Under the pieces are notes generated by a model, which did no database searches, was not told the origin of the DNA, and saw nothing but the letters and a program-made list of their open reading frames with translations. From Octopus bimaculoides (Eukaryota): DNA of 35,564 nucleotides. Both the position numbers and the translations under genes were made by a program. This document shows, in pieces, positions 23,982-35,564 of this stretch (position 1 is its first letter; every line of letters starts with the position of its first letter). The stretch is taken from the NCBI RefSeq assembly GCF_001194135.2, contig NC_068981.1:186116965-186152528 (forward strand), written 5' to 3'.

Positions 23982-25863
23982 ATATATAAAGTAGATTCAC
24001 TGCTTGTTTCTTTGGAATTCATTAAGTGATATAAACATCGCTGATGAAACCCCAATAAGGGTCAAAAATCGAGTGAGTCGGCCGTTATTTTTCAAACTAC
24101 GGAGAAATGAGTAAATCCATGTTTGTAAAACTAGGTATGTTTACTTATATCATAGGTTGATACTTTGTGGATTGGGTTCTTCGCTGACAGTCGTCTGTTT
24201 TTAAATATTATCAAGCATTCATTGTATACAATTTAGTAGCTTAAGTTCTTAAAAGATACTAGAGTTGATGTGTATATAAATGGATTGGCTACTTGTTTGT
24301 CTGGGATCGTTTAAGTGATGTGCACGCCGCTGGTGAGACCCCACAAACGGTCCTAAACCAATTAAGGCTCTTCCTCATTTCTTTGTTAAATGTGGCATGT
24401 TTGTATGTGTGCATATATAAGAAAGAAGAAGGAAATTGTGCTGACGTGCATGCCTCCTTTGCTCCTCGAACAATAAAGGTTTCGACAACACACTTTATAT
24501 CAATTATTGATTTGTTTTCACATGGGAAAACATTGCATATTTTTAGAGAACGACATCCAGATTTTTTTCCACATTCGTAGCAGCAAACATCTATGTACGC
24601 AGTTAACTGAGGCCTTAATTGTATTCAGTTCTCAGCTAATGCTATGGCATTCGAATCCTTTACAATTCACGTCAATCATTCCTTTCGAAATGCGATATAT
24701 GTCACAATTCTCAATTTCAAATATTTCTCAGAAATTAAGATTTTTTTTTTATTCTAGTATAAAACATTATTAGTATTCTTATTTTCTGTTATGTCTTCAA
24801 ATGGAAAAAAAAAGCGTTCAAATGAGAAATCACATTAGTAATTAACTACCTAATAAACACAGCAGAGAGATTGATTATTAGATACTCTACATGTAAACCT
24901 AAAATGAACTGTCGATAAATTAAGCGGCCTTCAACCATCGAGCTCAGTTAATATATATTGATTCTATCTGACACAAGAGTGAGTTTCCAAGCAGCTACTA
25001 CGGTTGCTGTCTGCAGGATGTTGTCAGAAATCTCTCTTCCTAATTGATATATTGCAGGTGTCTATTTTTTTGTAACACAATTTTTTTTTTTTTTGTAACT
25101 GCGGGTGTATATTATAGATAGTTTACACTATATATATAATCAGTATTTATAGTTCATTTGTAAGTAGTGTAAATCGTAGTGAAATCTGACGTAATGTTTT
25201 GATGAGAAAATGTACTGTTAATTTGAAGAGACTTGTATTTCTTTCATGATAACGTTTAGGGTTATTTTATATAGAACAAATATATGAAATGTTTTTAAAC
25301 ACACTCTCACATCTCTGTAAAACTGATACAGAAGTGATATACAGGAGTGAGGCAGGTACGAGTTTACGTATATAGAAAGTCGCTCTTGCATATCATCACA
25401 GTATAAACACTGAGGAAGATACCGTGTTGAAGGACTTAAGACCGAATACCAGTCATTCGATCTAGTATCCGGGGCGTCACATCAATGATGGGAGCCGATG
25501 TGTTGTAGACCCGTCGAGAGATGGGCGCAAAACGGTGCGTATTCCTTCCTGATGGCCCGTGAAACCAATTGCGGAGCTTTTGTTTGACCGCAGTTGCAGA
25601 AGCAAGCTCTCTGAAAGTCTCGAACCAGTCTGAGTAAATTTATTATGTGTGTACGGAGCAATGGGAAAGTCAGTACATGCAACAAATATAAAGCATAACG
25701 TAAAGTAACTTGCCTAGTAGTTGTGAGTTCAATTGGTGTGTAAGTCTCTATATATTCCGGCTTGAAGTGAATGAGAGAGAGCAAGATCATAAGTAAATAT
25801 CTAATAAGAAAATATTTCCTCTATGTACCATGGAAAGAGAATTATCTAAACCCGTGATTTTAG

Positions 25864-25954
25864 TAAGGATTTACTTCTATATCTTGAGGATGTTGCTGAA
25901 TACGTCAGGCAGCAGAACAAGGGGGGAGTCTCCAACAGCCTACATGATTTGACG
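25864..25954 (+). CDS. candidate 91-nt exon, product unknown (KDLLLYLEDVAEYVRQQNKGGVSNSLHDLT)
   Basis: Acceptor gattttag| and donor ACG|gtaagc. The frame is open and protein-like, in non-repetitive DNA. Confidence 0.3.
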
Positions 25955-26087
25955 GTAAGCAAGCAAGATGAGAATAGTAGTAGGATTATATTAGTGCATA
26001 ACGGAGTTACTAGGTTTGTTATAAATTTATATATATCTACCTATCTATCTATCTATCTATCTATCTCTTTTTCTCTCTCTATCTCAT

Positions 26088-26167
<80 letters not shown>

Positions 26168-27456
26168 NNNNNNNNNNNNNNNNNNNNNNNNNNNNNNNNN
26201 NNNNNNNNNNNNNNNNNNNNNNNNNNNNNNNNNNNNNNNNNNNNNNNNNNNNNNNNNNNNNNNNNNNNNNNNNNNNNNNNNNNNNNNNNNNNNNNNNNNN
26301 NNNNNNNNNNNNNNNNNNNNNNNNNNNNNNNNNNNNNNNNNNNNNNNNNNNNNNNNNNNNNNNNNNNNNNNNNNNNNNNNNNNNNNNNNNNNNNNNNNNN
26401 NNNNNNNNNNNNNNNNNNNNNNNNNNNNNNNNNNNNNNNNNNNNNNNNNNNNNNNNNNNNNNNNNNNNNNNNNNNNNNNNNNNNNNNNNNNNNNNNNNNN
26501 NNNNNNNNNNNNNNNNNNNNNNNNNNNNNNNNNNNNNNNNNNNNNNNNNNNNNNNNNNNNNNNNNNNNNNNNNNNNNNNNNNNNNNNNNNNNNNNNNNNN
26601 NNNNNNNNNNNNNNNNNNNNNNNNNNNNNNNNNNNNNNNNNNNNNNNNNNNNNNNNNNNNNNNNNNNNNNNNNNNNNNNNNNNNNNNNATATATATATAT
26701 ATATATATATATATACTTAATTTTTTCCCAAAAAATTTTATCAATGGCCAGCCATATTAAAAGACCTTCTAAGGTGATAATTATAAACAATTTTAGATAA
26801 AAAGAAAAAAATATTATAAATAAAGAGATTATAAAAAATTATAAATTTAAAAAAATATATATATATATATCCATAAATATATGGCGGCCGCCGGTATTCT
26901 ACTCCGGGCTAGGTTAAACTGGCTCCGACGAAGAGTCCATTACGTCCCTCACGAATGCTGACCCTGACGGTCGGCCGCTGTCGAACCTCTTCCAGCAGCA
27001 GGCTAAGTTATGCTTCTACCTGCAGCCCAAGATGACCCTTTGTGTCTAATTGCGCGGACGCCATTGCTGTAGTCACCTTTCGGTGAAAGGTTCTTTTCGG
27101 AGTTTCAGTGAGAACAAAAGTTCACATGTACTCTCCGGTCACATGCATTGTCGACCTCATTTCATTTGCTTAAGTATTGATCTACATAAACAACTTGGAA
27201 CAGTCATCCACTCCCACCACCCAAATAAACACCACCAAAGAAATGAAAATTAGAATCGAACGTATCACTTATAAGAAAATTAAAATGTGAAATTAATTTC
27301 CCCTATCTCCCTTATTTCCACTTTCTTTGCCTTTCGTACTCTTTCCGACTATGTTCGTCTTTCCATCCATCTTCCCTTTGTATCTATCTATTGATCGTTC
27401 TCTCTCTCTCTCTGTCTCTCCTTGTATATATATATATATACATAGAGCGAGAGAGG

Positions 27457-27511
<55 letters not shown>

Positions 27512-27694
27512 GTGTGCGCGTGTGTGTGTTTTGTGTATACTTACACCGTGAGCCTCTGTGTGTACATAGGTGAATATAGTATATATGTATGTGTGTGTGA
27601 GAGAGTTTGTGTGTGTGCATGAATATGTGCAAATGTGTGCGTATTGTGTGTATATGTGCACATATCCTTTTTACAACATAAGTTGAGCTTCAAA

Positions 27695-27822
27695 ATGCTC
27701 CCATTGATGACAGATAGAATACTCTCTCAGCTAGTTTCCACGCTACTTTGGCTCAGTATTTTCCATCTCGTTCTTACGATGGTACAAACTACAGACGACA
27801 TAAACTTGTACAACCTTAGAAA
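27695..27822 (+). CDS. candidate first coding exon with a signal-peptide-like segment
   Basis: caaaATG start context, MLPLMTDRILSQLVSTLLWLSIFHLVLTMVQTTDDINLYNLR, then donor AA|gtaagg. Confidence 0.25.
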
Positions 27823-28744
27823 GTAAGGGAGTGTATATAGCAGGTTTTTATACTGGGAGTATATGGTAAGACGAGGATTTTTGCTGAAGAGAAAGTCGTA
27901 TATTTTCAACCGGAAATTCATATCCGGTATTTAAATCAACAGCGAACGTCATGAACGGGCCAAGTAGATTGAATATCGACTTAGTAGTTTCAATCATATA
28001 ATCTGTACCTATATCATAAATCGATTATTAAGTCACAGAGCAGTTGATATCGGTAGTGATTAGATCCAAGTATCATAACCGATTTCTACAGTATGTTGAA
28101 GAGAAGACATGTTGGAGCGAAGAGCAATGTAGTACGCCGAATGAATGTGAAACCTGATAATGAAAATAGAGAAACACAGTTTTCTTCCAATCGTATTCGT
28201 TTATTCACATCCTTCTGCTTGTAAACTATAATTAAATATACTTACTTAACTATTATTGTTACACGTAGTACATAGATATCGATCTTAACTGTCAACTTGT
28301 AATGGAGGTAGCACTGAGACGTCATCAGCTTGCGTCATAAAATCACACCTTTAAAAACAGATGTGCGTTGAATGAAGACGTTTCCAGAACAGTGTCCCAT
28401 TGTTGTGAAATTGCAATTATAAATATGAATAGGGAGGGAGGCAGTAACTATATCTATTGTCAACAGGCATCAATTAAGATTTACTGTCAACGAAGTGGAG
28501 GTCGGTTGGAACTTACCAAGAGAATACTTTTAATGGTGAAAAAGTAAAAAAACATAAAATGGAAAAAATAATGCATTAACGATGGAAATATACAACAGGG
28601 TGAATCATTAGGTGGTGTTTGTTGGATATATATATATGTATGTGTATGTGTGTGTGTATGTATGTATGTATGTATGCATATATATGTATGTGTGTCTGTG
28701 TGTCTGTGTGTGTATATGCATATCACTATAAAAATATAAATACG

Positions 28745-28783
<39 letters not shown>

Positions 28784-29777
28784 AAGTATAAAAAATACGT
28801 GTGTGTGTCTGTTTGTGTGTTATTGAACTGCGACACTCTTGTAAAAAGGCAAATGGGGTTTATAAATAAAACGGCTGATGGTGATGATAATCAAGGCATT
28901 GACTCTTTTAACGACAATTAAATAGCGCGATGGTCATTTGAGATTTCTAAAGAAAAAAGTGTGCATCTATAAAAAGTTTATTAAAATGTAACGTTCAGAT
29001 GTCTGGTCGATATTATTTTTATATTCAGGTTTGACATTTACTGTGGAGTATTGTACACCTCTGTTGTTTTATAGTTGCATATTGCTTTCCAACAGAACAT
29101 GAATGATGTCGAGCAAATTGCAGGGTTCTGGGTATTCTTTTTATCATGCGAACAAAGGAAGAAATATGGCTGCAAACAGATCGTGAAATTGTTCGTAATT
29201 AAGCCATTTTAAGCTCACACAAGAACATACTACCAATTACAACCTTTTGTAATGAGGTAGGGATGTAAAATCTACAATTGCAAGTTCGTTATATATACAA
29301 AAACAGAAAGAAGTAAATTCTGACTAAATCATTCGAAATCAGGAGACAAATTAGTCACATCTTCAAAGGAACAACACTAATAATCAGGGAATAACTAAAA
29401 GTACAGGGAAGTTTTATAACCAATGTATTATTCTGATTTCGGTTGGGAATATGTTTGGGAAAATCAAAGAATACAAGACCTCTTATGTTCTTAGCGTGAA
29501 GTGTTAAAGAGAGATATTCTTTCTCGAAACTCAATGTCAATAATGTGGACGGTTTTATATCGCCATTTCTATGTTTCATCGCTGACATTAGAGACAAATG
29601 TCATATAATTGTCAGTTACAGCAGAGAACCTATAATGAAGTTCAACGTAAAATTATCTCTGCAATTAGATATTAATCTTATTTCAGTAAGAATATAAATA
29701 AGTCTACATCTGACCAAGGAGACAATGCTAAGTTTAATCACACTGACTACGGTACTGTTTCACTGACTACGGTACTG

Positions 29778-30593
29778 TTAGAAAAACGATCCATTTTGAT
29801 CTTGCGCAAAATTATCAAGGAAGCGAAATACCATTTTATCTTTCATGTTTATTAATCTTCAAAGCCAATGTGTAACTTATGAGTTTCATTGCAGAAACTA
29901 CTGGCCTACAGAGTGAAGACTGGAGTTTAATCTATGATTCTATTACCACCTTTTGTATTATAACTGGGAACGACTGCTTTTTATCTCTAAATACGAAATA
30001 AAATCGTCGTTGGTATAACTGTGTAGTTTGGATCCGGTTTCGATATCTCGGACTGTCACCAGGGAAACTGCCTTCAGTTGCACCCTCTTGTTGACCAAGG
30101 CAATGAAGAGAGTTTGCTGTATGTTCATATGTATTTATGTGTGTATATCTGCATATCTGTCTGTCTGTCGGTATGTATATCTATCTGTCTCTTTGTCTGT
30201 CTTTCTGTATGTACGTATGTATGTATGTATGTATGTATGTATGTATCTATGTATGTATGTGTGTGTGTGTGTATTCTTGTTTTCTTCTGTTTTTAATTAG
30301 TTAAGTTCTTCCCCTGATGAAGCTGCTTTCTAACAAAGATAAAAATCTTCATCTTTGTAATGTAGATAACGAAAACAGGGTCAGATTTTAAATTTCCTTG
30401 ATTATATGCGTAGTGGGAAAGGTTTATGGTATCATAACAGAGATGGTATTTAGAAAAACGACCCATTTTGATCTTGCGTAAAATTATCAAGGAAGCGAAA
30501 TACCGTTTTATCTGTCATCATGTTTATTAATCTTCAAAGCCAATGTGTAATTTATGAGTTCCACTGCAGAAACGACTGGTTTACAGAGTGAAG
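29778..30593 (+). repeat. about 141-bp direct repeat (29778-29918 and 30450-30593)
   Basis: ttagaaaaacga.ccattttgatcttgcg.aaaattatcaaggaagcgaaatacc...cagagtgaag occurs twice, about 90% identical by eye. Confidence 0.92.
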
Positions 30594-31745
30594 TCTTGCA
30601 TATTTTTACTGTTCCACTTAGAGACATGCGAGATAGTTGGGCGATTTCTTTTTCTGAAGCCTTCAAGCTTATTCAGACGTCAGCTAGAATTTTACTCGCA
30701 AAGCCAAGTACACGAATTATTATTGGCATAAACGTAAATTTGTAATCTGGGCGTAGAGGCTGGAGATTTCGAAGCAAATGTCCATAGCTATCCTTTTTCT
30801 GCTTGGTTTCAAAGAGATATTGACATCAGGAGGAATGTTGGTTTCTTTGATAGTACATACTTTTTCTCGTATGTCTCAAACAACAAAAATCTGGTTCATA
30901 TATGTACGTATGTATGAATGAATGTATGTATTGTGAAATTCATATCGACTGGCTATTTATATTTATGCTGCTCACTTATTCCACCAGTGAGCAAACATAC
31001 GCTTTTAAATTTTGTGTAAGAAAAGAACAACCTCATTAAACGAAGAGAAGAAGATGGTAGTTAGGTTGTTGTAAAAATCAGAATAAAAAGGGAATCTTTC
31101 TGAGAGAAATTTCATGAAATACTTTAAAAGTGAAAATAAAGACATTTAAAGATAATATGAGTAGTCCGGCACGAGAAGAAACCTTACAAGATGTAGGATG
31201 CCAAAGATAGAACAAATTGTACCAAATATTCAAATTAATTAAATTATGATGATAGAGTGTATAATAAAAGAATAGTGAAGAATGTAAGTGAAGACTGGAT
31301 TAAATGCATTAAATGAAACGGTGAGTAAATACAGGTCAGTGATCGGTCAAGCGTAAAAATATACAGAGGAAATATTCAGCAGTTGGACAAATAGTCTGAA
31401 TTGAAGGCTAAAAAGCTTTTAGTCATAAATTGTGGTGAAGTCTCGGTTGACGTTTTTGTGAAGAAATGTCCATATATGTGTTTGTTTTTGTGTCTGTGTT
31501 GTTTAATCATAGACATTTATATTAGTAAACTACTAACAATATCATGTTCTTCCAAAACATTAAAGTTAACGTTATGGATCAGTTCAATGTAAATATTAAT
31601 AATCTAATTTATATAGTCTGGTAAAGTAAAATTTAAATAATTCGTGCATGTATGTCTGTATATGCGTACGTATACATCTATCTGTCCATCTATCTCTCTA
31701 TACAAACATATATATACATACATATGTGTGAGAATGAAATTCTGC

Positions 31746-31945
31746 ATGGCGCCTTGGGCAAATGTCTTCTACTATAGCCTGGTACTTATTTAATCGACCC
31801 CGAAAAGATGAAAAGCAAAGTCGACCTCAGCGGAATTTGAACTCAAAACATAACGGCAGACGAAATACCGCTAAGCATATCGCCCGGTGTGCTAACAATT
31901 CTGCCAGCTCACCGCCCCCGATATATGTATGTATGTATGTATGTA

Positions 31946-31980
<35 letters not shown>

Positions 31981-32153
31981 GCCATCGCTTGACCGATGTT
32001 GGTGTGTTTACGTCCCCGTCACCTAGCGGTTCGGCAAAAGTTGAGCGATAGAAAAAGTGCTAGGCTTACAAAGAATAAGTGCTGGGGTCGATTTATTTGA
32101 CTAAAGATGGTGCTTCAGCATGGCCGCATGCAAATGACTGAAACAAGTAAAAG
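31746..32153 (+). mobile_element. SINE family B interrupted by an antisense SINE A
   Basis: A B-family segment ggcgccttgggcaaatgtcttctactatagcc (31746-31779) and the B 3' half (31975-32153) flank a minus-strand A copy. Confidence 0.85.
31780..31916 (-). mobile_element. SINE family A (head plus central domain, tail missing)
   Basis: tggtacttatttaatcgaccccgaaaagatgaaaagcaaagtcgacctcagcggaatttgaactc...ctgccagctcaccgcc. Confidence 0.92.
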
Positions 32154-33905
32154 GGTATATGTATATGTGTGTTTGTGTGTGCATGAAATTATGTGTATGC
32201 ATAAAATTGTGTGTATGTGTGTGCATATGTGTATGTGTGTGTGCATACTCCTACATGTATGCAGCTGTATGTATATACGCATGACGGGTAATAAACTTTA
32301 CTTTAATTGCTGGCGTCACTAAGTACGGTGCAAATGCAATCAGCATAAGTTGCAAGAAATTAAGTTAAACGAACTGTAGAATACTTATAGTAAATTGCCG
32401 GCAAAATATATCAGTAGAAATCAATTATGCACCCTCAGAACAAACAAAACGAAAGTATAAAAGAAACTCAGTGTCAATGTAAACTAAATCTCCGTTATGA
32501 TATCCTAAACACTTCCCACTACGCATATAATCAAGGAAAGAACGGTATTTTTATCTGAGAAAAACCTCATTGTTTTTCTCTTTAAATGCCTTTTCTGACA
32601 ATTTAGTCTGTTTCGCCAGAGATCTAAATACGATAAAAGATAATCATTTTCAATGTAATATTGAATGAGTTTTTCCTGTTTTCTCATATAAACTTCAGAA
32701 CTCAATCTGACGTTGGTGGTTGAATAAACCCTCAGACGATACTTGGTCTCATCAATATACTTGGTACAAATTTTGCTATAAATTTAACTCAATTGTTGGT
32801 ATTGAATTTATATATCTATCTATATGTATGTATATATGTTTCTTTGTTATTCTTAAACACGATTTATAACAACAGCCCCAGTTTATCAGACATACAGACA
32901 CACATTTGAGGTGCTTGTATATGACTGTGCTGATATTGTGACTTTGTAGACCTAGAAATTCGACAAATAGATATCGATAACATAACTAACAGGCAGAAAT
33001 CAATATCGTGGATGATGTGATAAGCAAAAATTGTTGAAAGTGATATTGTAGCGTTGCTACAGCCGAATGCCTGAAGCTAACAAAAAAAAATTGAGTGAAC
33101 AGCTTTTGTTTTCACATTTCCTTCATATTAAGTAAGAACGTAAAATATGGAACTCTATGCAGAGATTCTCGTGGTAAACGAGCTTCAAACAAAGAACTAC
33201 CGATATTTTCATACATCAGCTATCACACAGGATCAACATGAGTTGACATATAAGAGGATAACAGGGATGAATATAAGAGAGTGTCGTTCAATATCAGTGA
33301 CATGTTCAACAAAGGTTATGTCAGTTGGTTAGAAAGTGACTTGATTTGGATATTGAACAAAAATAAACCATCGAAATTATTGTTATAATATTTATTACAT
33401 AAAGAAATGTTTTCCATTATATATTTCCTTATGTTAAAGGGACAAACACAACTTCCGTTGACAGTTGTACTAGGCTGAAGAACAACCAGAAATAGAATTT
33501 ACTGATAAATAAATCCAGTTACATGTCCGTATACATTTTTTGAATGTGCGTGTGAACCAATGCGAGAGTAAAATAACCATCGATCGCAACAAGCTTCACG
33601 TGACCGCCACTTGACGAAAATCTTTATCTTGCTAAGTTTAACGACAGTCGTTAATTGGCTGTTCGGTTTCAAAACCAATAATTACAAATTCATTTCTGAT
33701 ATTTTCCCGAAGAAGTTGAATGACTACTGATCGAAATTCCTCATATATTCAGGTTTGACATCAAATCTATTTTTATAGAAGTATCTTGAAGAATAAATGA
33801 TACAGAATTCTGTCCATTCCACTCTGTCAAGTGCACCAATTTAGAGAAGAAACAAGTCTAAGTTTTGTGATAAGCATTCCAATTTGAAAGACTTTTCTAC
33901 TTCAG

Positions 33906-34020
33906 AGATGTAAAATAGTTATTATCGAGTGTGGAAATAGTAACTTACATTCAACCTCACTAGAAGACTGCCTGTCGTCGAAATACGAACTTTCACAGAT
34001 TGTAGAATTAATAAGAGACC
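33906..34020 (+). CDS. candidate 115-nt exon, product unknown (RCKIVIIECGNSNLHSTSLEDCLSSKYELSQIVELIRD)
   Basis: Strong acceptor acttttctacttcag| and donor C|gtaaga. Only one frame is open through the exon. Confidence 0.35.
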
Positions 34021-34360
34021 GTAAGATTCATGGTCAAAAGATCATAGATTCGATTTCTAGTCCAACTGACGAGTTGTTTCCTTAAGCAAACCGTTTTTAA
34101 TCTACACAGCCTCAGTCGACATAACTGGAAACGAGTACCGAATCAAACACACATACACAAGGATGTGAGTGCATGTCTGTATGCATGCGTGTCTATGTTT
34201 GTTTTTATGTGTGCGTGCGCGTATTTGTGTGCGCGTGCGTATTTCTGTGCGTGTTTGTGAGTGTGTGATCGATAGAAGTGGGGAGAACTACAAGATTCTT
34301 GATGTGAAATTGTATTGAAACAAATCGTGTATCTGGAGAGAGTCATTACGCCAGTAAAAA

Positions 34361-34572
34361 TGGTTTCAAATTTTGGCACGAAGCCAACATTTTCAGGGGA
34401 GAGTGTAAGTCTATAACAGTGAACCCAGTTCTCTGCTGGTATCTGTTTTATTGACCCCGAAAGGAAGAAAGGCAAAGTCAAACCTCGTGGAATTTGAACA
34501 CAGAACGTAAAAATAGACGAAATGCCGCAAAACATTTAGCCCAGCATGCTAACCGTTCTGTTAGATCTACCC
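34361..34572 (-). mobile_element. SINE family A, diverged, near full length
   Basis: ctgctggtatctgttttattgaccccgaaaggaagaaaggcaaagtcaaacctcgtggaatttgaacacagaacg...catgctaaccgttctg. Confidence 0.88.
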
Positions 34573-34744
34573 CTTCAATACACCTGTAAAAATAAACACT
34601 GACTCGTATAATTTCGTTCATTTATTTCTAGTCAAATGGTGCAGCTCTCTATCCTACCAGGTGGCACACACTTGATGTCCCGCTGGGTTAAAGCGCTGTT
34701 GTAACAAGGGTGCGTAAAGGGTCGAAAAATGATTAGCAAAAGTA

Positions 34745-34972
34745 TTGGGTTGTCCGGAAAGTTCTTGCCGATTTTTAAAGGAAAGGAAAAGGTCAATAAA
34801 TACTTGCCATTACATTTTTGATCAACCAAATATGAACCATTTTGTTGCACAATGCGTCTCCATCTTTCCTTTCACTTGAAAATAACCTCTTCCCAGAATT
34901 GAGGTGGTTTCATGGCAAATAAGTCGAAAGGTAAGCTACTATAAATTGGCACGAACTTTTCGGACAACCCAA
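34745..34972 (-). mobile_element. internally deleted mariner element (228 bp)
   Basis: 30-bp TIRs ttgggttgtccggaaagttcttgccgattt and aaattggcacgaacttttcggacaacccaa (27/30 match), with TA on both sides. The minus strand encodes FAMKPPQFWEEVIFK*KERWRRIVQQNGSY, a mariner transposase C-terminus. Confidence 0.88.
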
Positions 34973-35564
34973 TATTTTACAGCTACCAAGTTACACTCAC
35001 AGGCGAATGAAGCGTACGCTTTTATTTACTCTACATATAGTATTCAGGTTTGCATTTTTCCATTCACACAGTAAAGAAAAATACTTTATTCAATAATATA
35101 ATTACTAGAGATCCATTTAAATCGTTACAATAATTGACCGTGCGTGTGAGATCAAAAGAAATTATTGTTAGCGTGTAATGATTTATAGAACACATTCATA
35201 TGAATAAACATATTTCATGGTTGAAACGTATGTAATTCTTCGCCAGGGAAATTGTATCGTTTTCAATTCCAGTGGCAAATCATTGAGTTTTTTTTAAGAT
35301 TTTTCTTTCGTTTTTGTTATATTTTCCTTTTACCACAGGTTCTATATTACATATACGTTTAATGCATCTAAATACTAATTTTTGCTTTACCCTCTCTCAA
35401 TCTCTCACTTCACACACTTTCTGTCTCGCTATCTCTCATTTCACTTTTCTTTCTCTCTCTTTCTCTCTTCCCTTTATGTATCTCCCTTTTATCTGTGTGA
35501 ATATGTGTATGTTTCTGTGTGTGTGTGTGTGTGTGTGTGCGTTCGTGTTTGTGGTTGTGTGCGT

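Noticed and set aside
30554-30900. ORF ending ILLAKPSTRIIIGINVNL plus a downstream AGDF, suggestive of a CR1 endonuclease
   Set aside because: The similarity is limited to a few residues in different frames.

Overview
This is repeat-rich, AT-rich eukaryotic DNA, not prokaryotic. The SINE families, LINE remnants and dense (AT)n/(TG)n/(AG)n/(ATAC)n microsatellites fit a coleoid cephalopod, most likely an Octopus short-read assembly; that assignment is recall and inference, not a database hit. The window has 11 N-gaps (about 3 kb), mostly bordered by dinucleotide runs. No complete or recognisable cellular gene is visible, and almost all ORFs in the supplied track are microsatellite or gap artefacts. 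Well-supported features are: about a dozen copies or fragments of two tRNA-derived SINE families (called A and B here); 3' remnants of three non-LTR clades (R4/Dong-like, RTE, CR1); a deleted mariner element; a 130-bp foldback MITE; and several local duplications. A few isolated + strand exon candidates suggest the window may be intronic to a large gene, but this is unproven. The most interesting signals concern transposon biology: a 3' tail shared by SINE-B and the CR1 LINE, an R4/Dong copy sitting in its (TAA)n target, a SINE dimer under one 15-bp target-site duplication, recurrent A-head/B-tail chimeras, and inverted repeats that could form dsRNA. I see no convincing new gene system.
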